DNA of 64,000 nucleotides from a virus (Duplodnaviria; Caudoviricetes): IMG/VR virus record IMGVR_UViG_3300029305_001653, positions 48,223 to 112,222 of that record; one strand, 5' to 3'. Shown piece by piece: positions 58,909 to 64,000 of this stretch (position 1 is its first letter; each line of letters starts with the position of its first letter). The notes under the pieces were generated by a model. It saw only the letters and a program-made list of their open reading frames with translations, ran no database searches and was not told where the DNA came from. The position numbers and the translations under genes were made by a program.

Positions 58909-59907
58909 TTGGAAGAAATAATTCGTATATTGAGAAATAGAGACAAGAAAAGTTTAGAGTATCTAAAAGAGAGTATGCCAGCACAAGGTCTTAAAGAAGC
59001 TGATGAGGATGAAGAATTAGAAGATCCTCAAGAAGATGAAAATTTAGAAGATACTCCTGCGGATGATGAAGTAGAGGTCACTCCTCCAGTTGACTCTCCT
59101 GATAATATACCTACAGAAGATGAAGAAAATCCAGAAGAGTTCTCTCCTGATAATATACCTACAGAAGATGAAGAAACTCCAGGAGGTGAGTACATAAATC
59201 CTTTAGACAATTCTTATGCAGTTAAGTATGGTATAGGTCAGGAAGTAGTATTAAATTACGCTAATGGTACTAAGTCAAAATTGTACGGTACTATCGATGG
59301 ATATGATACGGAAGGATTCTATAGAGTTCTCTGGTCTAATGGCAAGACTACGAATGGATTTACAGACATAGCATTATCTGATTTAGTAGATACTATAGAG
59401 GATAACAAGTGTGTCTGTGGGGAGACTAATTTCGTCACAGAAGGTAATAAATTAGTTTGTGATAACTGCGGCAGATCCATGAATGAAAGAGAAGATCATC
59501 TCTCTAAATTAGATAAGTCTCGTCCTAAAGATAAAAAGTTAGTAAGGTCTGAAGCTACTCCTGTATCTACCACTCTCAAACCTCCTGTAGTGGAGAGTGG
59601 TTGTAATAGAACTCTCAAAGATTCTATAAAGAGTGCATTCAAGAATAGAAAAATAAATGAAGATACTGAAGAATCTCTTGATTTATTCTCTAGATTAAAG
59701 GAAGAATTGTATGGGAAATTCTGGACTAGGGAGTCTGAGATGATAGAGGATGTAGAAAGCTTAGGCTATGAAGTAGTCTATAAAGATTCTCAGTACTTAG
59801 TAGTTTCTCCTCTAGGTGAGGAAGGAGACGATCTAGAACTCCAAATTCCTATAGTAGGTACTTCTCGTACTATGACTCTCGAATTTGAGAAATCTACTAT
59901 TGTTTAA
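58909..59907 (+). CDS. Acidic hypothetical protein with small Cys4 motif
   Basis: GAGGAGG RBS; CVCG...CDNCG; acidic low-complexity N-terminus. Confidence 0.6.
   Translation: MEEIIRILRNRDKKSLEYLKESMPAQGLKEADEDEELEDPQEDENLEDTPADDEVEVTPPVDSPDNIPTEDEENPEEFSPDNIPTEDEETPGGEYINPLDNSYAVKYGIGQEVVLNYANGTKSKLYGTIDGYDTEGFYRVLWSNGKTTNGFTDIALSDLVDTIEDNKCVCGETNFVTEGNKLVCDNCGRSMNEREDHLSKLDKSRPKDKKLVRSEATPVSTTLKPPVVESGCNRTLKDSIKSAFKNRKINEDTEESLDLFSRLKEELYGKFWTRESEMIEDVESLGYEVVYKDSQYLVVSPLGEEGDDLELQIPIVGTSRTMTLEFEKSTIV
59094..59176 (+). repeat. 35-bp in-frame direct repeat (48-bp period)
   Basis: CTCTCCTGATAATATACCTACAGAAGATGAAGAAA at 59094 and 59142. Confidence 0.9.
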
Positions 59908-59922
59908 TATTTGATATTACTT

Positions 59923-59950
59923 AGAGCACTGATTATTCAGTGCTCTTTTT
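59923..59950 (+). terminator. Intrinsic terminator
   Basis: AGAGCACTGA-TTAT-TCAGTGCTCT-TTTT. Confidence 0.8.
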
Positions 59951-59959
59951 ATACCTAAA

Positions 59960-59993
59960 CTAGCTCAACTTTCATAGTTCTCACGTTTCTTAT
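59960..59993 (+). promoter_or_regulatory. Class II phage promoter upstream of SSB
   Basis: CTAGCTCAA-N15-CGTTTCTTAT. Confidence 0.75.
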
Positions 59994-60064
59994 AATGTAA
60001 GGAATTAAAACCTTTGTAAGGTTAATATCAGCTCTAGTAGAGCTCAAAAGAAAAGGAGAATATT

Positions 60065-61138
60065 ATGTTTAATTATCACCAGCCTAATCTCGAGAATATG
60101 CAGCAGTATCTCAATCAAGAGAGTGAGAAATCTTCAGGAGGAGGTCCTAATTGGTGGAGTATCCCTTCAGGTATGTCCTCTGTACGTATCCTTCCTCCGT
60201 GGGATCCTACTGGTAGAGTAGCTCTCCCTGTTTATATGCATCCTATTGAGTATAAAGGAGAGGGGATGTCTTTCACTAAGTACAATTGGACTTGTGTGAA
60301 TAAGACATTTAATAAGTCTTGTCCTATATGCGAAGGACTTTCAGAGATGTCTGCTTCTGGAGTAGATACAAATAATTGGGAAGCTAATCGTCGTCAGTTC
60401 TACTTTAATGCGATAGTAATGCATGACCCTACGTACAATGCACAGAAGAACTCAGGTACTGCTCCTGGTACACATGTGCTTATGAAAGCTCCTAAGACAT
60501 TCTATGATTGGGTCATAGCTCAAATTACTAACCCTATGATAGGGGATATCACTTCTGTCACTAATGGTATTGATGTATATGTGACGAAAGAAGGTACAGG
60601 ATTAGGTACTAGCTACAATATGACTCTTTCTCCTAATGGACGTACAGCAATTCCTCAGGAATATTTAGATAAGATTACAGACCTTTATAATCTAGATGAT
60701 GTATTCTCTGTAGGATTTGATCAAAAACAGATAGATGAGTTAGTAAATCACTTAAAAAAGTCTGCAGGAGTCATAGCGAATAGTATTGCAGGTACAGTGA
60801 ATCAGATGGCAGGTTATCAGAATATGCCTGCAGGATATGGGACTGCTAATAATGCTTTTCCTTATAATCAAACAGCTCCTGCTATGACTCCTTATCAAGC
60901 ACCTAATCAGTTCACAGGAGGAGCTCCTGCAGTGAATCCTTTCACTCAGCAATCTCCTTCAAATTTTCAGTCGACTGTGACTCCTCCGACTCCTACGATG
61001 AACTCCCTTTCTGAGTCACAGTCACCTAATAATAGTGGAGCAAATCTTCCTAAGTGTTTCGGAAACTATGATGCTGGGAATGTAAATTGTGTAGTATGCC
61101 CTATGGAACTTCAGTGTGCAAAAACTAAAAATGGTTAA
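60065..61138 (+). CDS. Single-stranded DNA-binding protein (T4 gp32-like)
   Basis: VRILPP, H...C....CPIC zinc site, FYFN, G.D..VTKEG.G..TSY; adjacent to RecA. Confidence 0.75.
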   Translation: MFNYHQPNLENMQQYLNQESEKSSGGGPNWWSIPSGMSSVRILPPWDPTGRVALPVYMHPIEYKGEGMSFTKYNWTCVNKTFNKSCPICEGLSEMSASGVDTNNWEANRRQFYFNAIVMHDPTYNAQKNSGTAPGTHVLMKAPKTFYDWVIAQITNPMIGDITSVTNGIDVYVTKEGTGLGTSYNMTLSPNGRTAIPQEYLDKITDLYNLDDVFSVGFDQKQIDELVNHLKKSAGVIANSIAGTVNQMAGYQNMPAGYGTANNAFPYNQTAPAMTPYQAPNQFTGGAPAVNPFTQQSPSNFQSTVTPPTPTMNSLSESQSPNNSGANLPKCFGNYDAGNVNCVVCPMELQCAKTKNG

Positions 61139-61152
61139 TATGGGAGGTTCGT

Positions 61153-62394
61153 ATGGATAATTTTGATATAAGTAAACTGATAAGTAATCAAGACTATCTG
61201 TATAAAGGAGGAGGATTCTCTAACAAACTCCCTACAGGTATCATCACTTTAGATATTGCATTAGCTGGAGGAGTTCCTCTAAATGGTTCTATCATAGAAG
61301 TGTATGGAGAAGAATCTCATGGTAAGACTACTATTGCTTATCGCATGTGTAAGAAGTGCACAGATATGTCTGAAGGCTATGTGACATGGGTAGATTCTGA
61401 AGTCAGTTATAGTAGAGAATGGGCAGCAGTACAAGGATTAAATGTAGATAAAGTTATTCCTTATCGTCCTCCTTATGCAGAAGCTGCTATGGATATTATA
61501 ATAAATGATATCAAACTCTATAAAGAAAGATATTTACCTTGGTTGGTAGATCCTAAGTGGAAACCTTCTACCTTAGATGCTCAAGCTGCAGGAGTAGGAG
61601 TAACTAATGTAGAAGTCATAAAAGAGTATATGATGCAGAATGCACCTCCTCATATTATAGTTTGGGATAGCTTAGCTGCATCACCTGTAAAGTCTGTAGC
61701 TGAGGAGAATTCCGAGTACAGTTCAGGAATGGCTTACAGAGCTCGTTTGATTAAGTCCTTCCTCTCTAGATACCAGGTAGCAGTAGTAGGTTGTGAAAAT
61801 ATTGGTATGATCCTGATTAATCAAGTCATAGATAATATAGGAGATATGTATGGACCTGCGTTCACTACTCCTGGAGGTAGAGGACTTAGACATGGAAAAC
61901 ATCTTGCAATCTATGTAAAGAAGTCAGGTTCTGGAGAGAAAGATGCTGATAACTTCAAAGTAACTGACTATGTGATGATTTCTCTCACTAAGAATAAGGT
62001 GACTCCTGTAATTGCATCTTTCCCTGTTATATTCTCTAAGTCTAGAGGATTCATAGGAGCTACCTCTGTTCTTGAATACCTCTGGAATATCCAGTGGTTT
62101 AGATCAGCAGGGTCTTGGAAGAAGTTTGATTATGTAAAAGTAGATCGTGATACAGGAGAGATATTAGATACAGAAGAAATCTCTATTCAGCGAGGTAGTT
62201 TTTACGAATTAATCAGTAAACGTCCTGAATTATTTAGATATCTTTGTTCTCAAATACAGAGACAATTCGTAGAGAAGTTCCCATTTAATCAGTCTTTAAA
62301 AGATACAGATGTTGATAAAATAATTCAAGCTTGTTTAGATGAATCATCTGCAATGCCTGATGAGGATGAGATTGTATCTCTTTCTGAAGAATAA
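61153..62394 (+). CDS. recA: RecA/UvsX-like recombinase
   Basis: PTG...LDIAL.GG.P..IIEVYGEESHGKTT, VWDSLAA, INQ, TTPGG, KNK. Confidence 0.92.
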   Translation: MDNFDISKLISNQDYLYKGGGFSNKLPTGIITLDIALAGGVPLNGSIIEVYGEESHGKTTIAYRMCKKCTDMSEGYVTWVDSEVSYSREWAAVQGLNVDKVIPYRPPYAEAAMDIIINDIKLYKERYLPWLVDPKWKPSTLDAQAAGVGVTNVEVIKEYMMQNAPPHIIVWDSLAASPVKSVAEENSEYSSGMAYRARLIKSFLSRYQVAVVGCENIGMILINQVIDNIGDMYGPAFTTPGGRGLRHGKHLAIYVKKSGSGEKDADNFKVTDYVMISLTKNKVTPVIASFPVIFSKSRGFIGATSVLEYLWNIQWFRSAGSWKKFDYVKVDRDTGEILDTEEISIQRGSFYELISKRPELFRYLCSQIQRQFVEKFPFNQSLKDTDVDKIIQACLDESSAMPDEDEIVSLSEE

Positions 62395-62404
62395 TTGATA
62401 TTCT

Positions 62405-62449
62405 ACGCAAGGAGTGTAGCTTAAAAATTACACTCCTTGCGTTTCTTAT
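62405..62449 (+). terminator. Terminator hairpin overlapping a class II promoter (62416-62449)
   Basis: ACGCAAGGAGTGTA-N10-TACACTCCTTGCGT-TTCTT; contains GTAGCTTAA-N15-CGTTTCTTAT. Confidence 0.7.
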
Positions 62450-62454
62450 TATGG

Positions 62455-62493
62455 AGGGATTTCTAATCTTATCACGTATTATAATAATGTAAG
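62455..62493 (+). promoter_or_regulatory. Class I phage promoter upstream of 5'-3' exonuclease
   Basis: AGGGA-N13-CACGTATTATAATAATGTAAG. Confidence 0.8.
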
Positions 62494-62532
62494 GAAGAAT
62501 CTCATCATGAAATTAACTTAAAGGAGGCAAAT

Positions 62533-63555
62533 ATGAATACTTACAGTGTAGATACTAGACCTACTATATTACTTATTGATGGTGCTCATATGCTGAGAAG
62601 AGCTATGTACCAGCCAAATCTGAGAGAACTCTCTAATTCGCAAGGTATGCCTACAGGTGCCATCTATGGATTCATACAGTCATTAAAATCTGCTGTAACT
62701 TCTATGAGTGCTAACAGTGTCATAGTATGCTGGGAGGGAGGACACTCAGAGAGACGAAAGCAAGTATATGAGCAGTACAAATATAGAGAGTATGAAGAAG
62801 AACCTGAAAGAGACATAAATGGTTATACGGATTATGAATATTATAGTCATCAACTTTCTTGGATACAGAAAATATTAGAGTTCCTTGGAGTTCACCAATT
62901 AAGAGTGGTAGGTAAAGAAGGAGATGATGTATTATATCAAGCAGCTCACTTACTGAAAGGGAAGAAGATCATAATATCTGAAGATAGAGACTTCTACTCC
63001 TTAGTATCTGAAGATGTTTCTCTTTACAGACCTATTAAGAAAGAGTATATAGATTTGAATAACTTCCAGTCTATCTCAGGATTTCCTTCTCCTACTCATT
63101 ATCTCTATGGTAAGGTAATAGTAGGAGATGGTTCTGATAATATACCTCCTGTAGTTAAGGGAGTAGGAGAGAAAACAGTATTAAGTATATTAGAGAGGAT
63201 AACAGATCCTTGCGAGCTCTCTCCTTGTAGAGTTCTTAAAGAAGCTGCAAGTATTGGGAATTCTAGATGTATGAAATTAGTATCCGCTGGAGAGTCTCCG
63301 ATATTACGTAATCTTGATTTAATTGATATATCGAGAGAGAAGTTTGACATATTCCAGCTCCAAAGTCTAGTAGATACTATGGAGAAACATAAGTATCCGG
63401 ACATCGCTAGTGTGAGAAAATTATTTAGTGTATTAGAATTCAATGAGACAAATATCCAGAGTATGTTGAATAGATTAGTGATGATGTCAGAATTCCCTCT
63501 TCATACTCTCATAAATAAAGATTATATCAAGTCAGTGATGATTGGAGGCATCTAG
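62533..63555 (+). CDS. 5'-3' exonuclease / flap endonuclease (T4 RNase H-like)
   Basis: LLIDG, YK.R, EGDD, SEDRD, GDGSDNIP.VKGVGEKT. Confidence 0.92.
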   Translation: MNTYSVDTRPTILLIDGAHMLRRAMYQPNLRELSNSQGMPTGAIYGFIQSLKSAVTSMSANSVIVCWEGGHSERRKQVYEQYKYREYEEEPERDINGYTDYEYYSHQLSWIQKILEFLGVHQLRVVGKEGDDVLYQAAHLLKGKKIIISEDRDFYSLVSEDVSLYRPIKKEYIDLNNFQSISGFPSPTHYLYGKVIVGDGSDNIPPVVKGVGEKTVLSILERITDPCELSPCRVLKEAASIGNSRCMKLVSAGESPILRNLDLIDISREKFDIFQLQSLVDTMEKHKYPDIASVRKLFSVLEFNETNIQSMLNRLVMMSEFPLHTLINKDYIKSVMIGGI

Positions 63556-63988
63556 TATGTTGTTAGGAGTATATGCAGATCCACATCTGACTAAGAATAT
63601 GAGAGCATTACAGAGTGAGTGGGATATCACAGCTACTAAGTCTATGTATTATATGTACGATAAATTTGATGAGCTAAACGTAGAAGCTGTGGTGTGTTTA
63701 GGAGATTTCTTCGATAAGCCTGTCATCGCTGCGAAGCATATGCAGTTAGTAATGCCTATATTGAAACATATGAATGAGAGGACATATCCTACCTATCTCT
63801 TGTTAGGTAATCATGAGATTGATAGTGATGAGTCTAATATACTAGATTTCTTATCTATGTATGATAATATCATACCAATCACTACTCCTACAGAGATTGA
63901 AGACATGTTGTTTTTACCTTATGGTATAGATCCTACGGAGTATAGTATGAAAGATAAGATAGAAACAACATGTCTTCAATCTCTGTAG
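63542..63988 (+). CDS. SbcD/Mre11-like metallophosphoesterase, apparently truncated; probable start ATG 63557
   Basis: ADPH, LGDFFD, GNHE, LPY; ends before the later His motifs, close to the window edge. Confidence 0.7.
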   Translation: MEASSMLLGVYADPHLTKNMRALQSEWDITATKSMYYMYDKFDELNVEAVVCLGDFFDKPVIAAKHMQLVMPILKHMNERTYPTYLLLGNHEIDSDESNILDFLSMYDNIIPITTPTEIEDMLFLPYGIDPTEYSMKDKIETTCLQSL

Positions 63989-64000
63989 GAGTAGTGATTG

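Noticed and set aside
1-64000. Stop-codon reassignment suggested by abundant TAG trinucleotides
   Set aside because: Conserved genes are full length in the standard code and several end properly at TAG (e.g. 9066, 10804, 44427).
1-64000. Short antisense or overlapping ORFs in the six-frame track (e.g. 3136-3540, 43632-43949, 63105-63443)
   Set aside because: They are shadows of well-supported genes, with no RBS or recognisable motifs.

Overview
A 64 kb segment of a large, AT-rich myovirus genome. The host is probably a Gram-positive Bacillota/Clostridia species, judged from the SPP1-type holin, the amidase with an SLH-like domain, a dockerin and an XkdX-like gene. 1-35650 (+): contractile tail, baseplate and fibre genes, a lysis cassette and a DUF4815-like protein. 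35758: a phage ECF-like sigma factor. 36496-42284 (-): a tightly coupled operon of YfbR-like HD hydrolase, PIG-L deacetylase, LpxD-like acyltransferase, PaaK-like acyl-CoA ligase, KamA-like radical SAM aminomutase, a small helical protein and a T4 AGT-like DNA glycosyltransferase. 42643-64000 (+): replication and nucleotide genes (type II topoisomerase, tandem NDT-family enzyme, helicases, primase, divergent ThyX, two nucleotide kinases, UDG-fused PolA, ligase, SSB, RecA, nucleases). The best candidate for an undescribed system is a DNA hypermodification pathway: a ThyX-fold enzyme would supply a modified pyrimidine that is then glycosylated, deacetylated and re-acylated with a beta-amino acid. 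By eye, GC-only restriction sites are nearly absent while A/T-containing sites are abundant, which fits this idea. Two phage-specific bipartite promoter classes with fixed spacing are visible. All family assignments come from motif recognition by eye, not from database searches.
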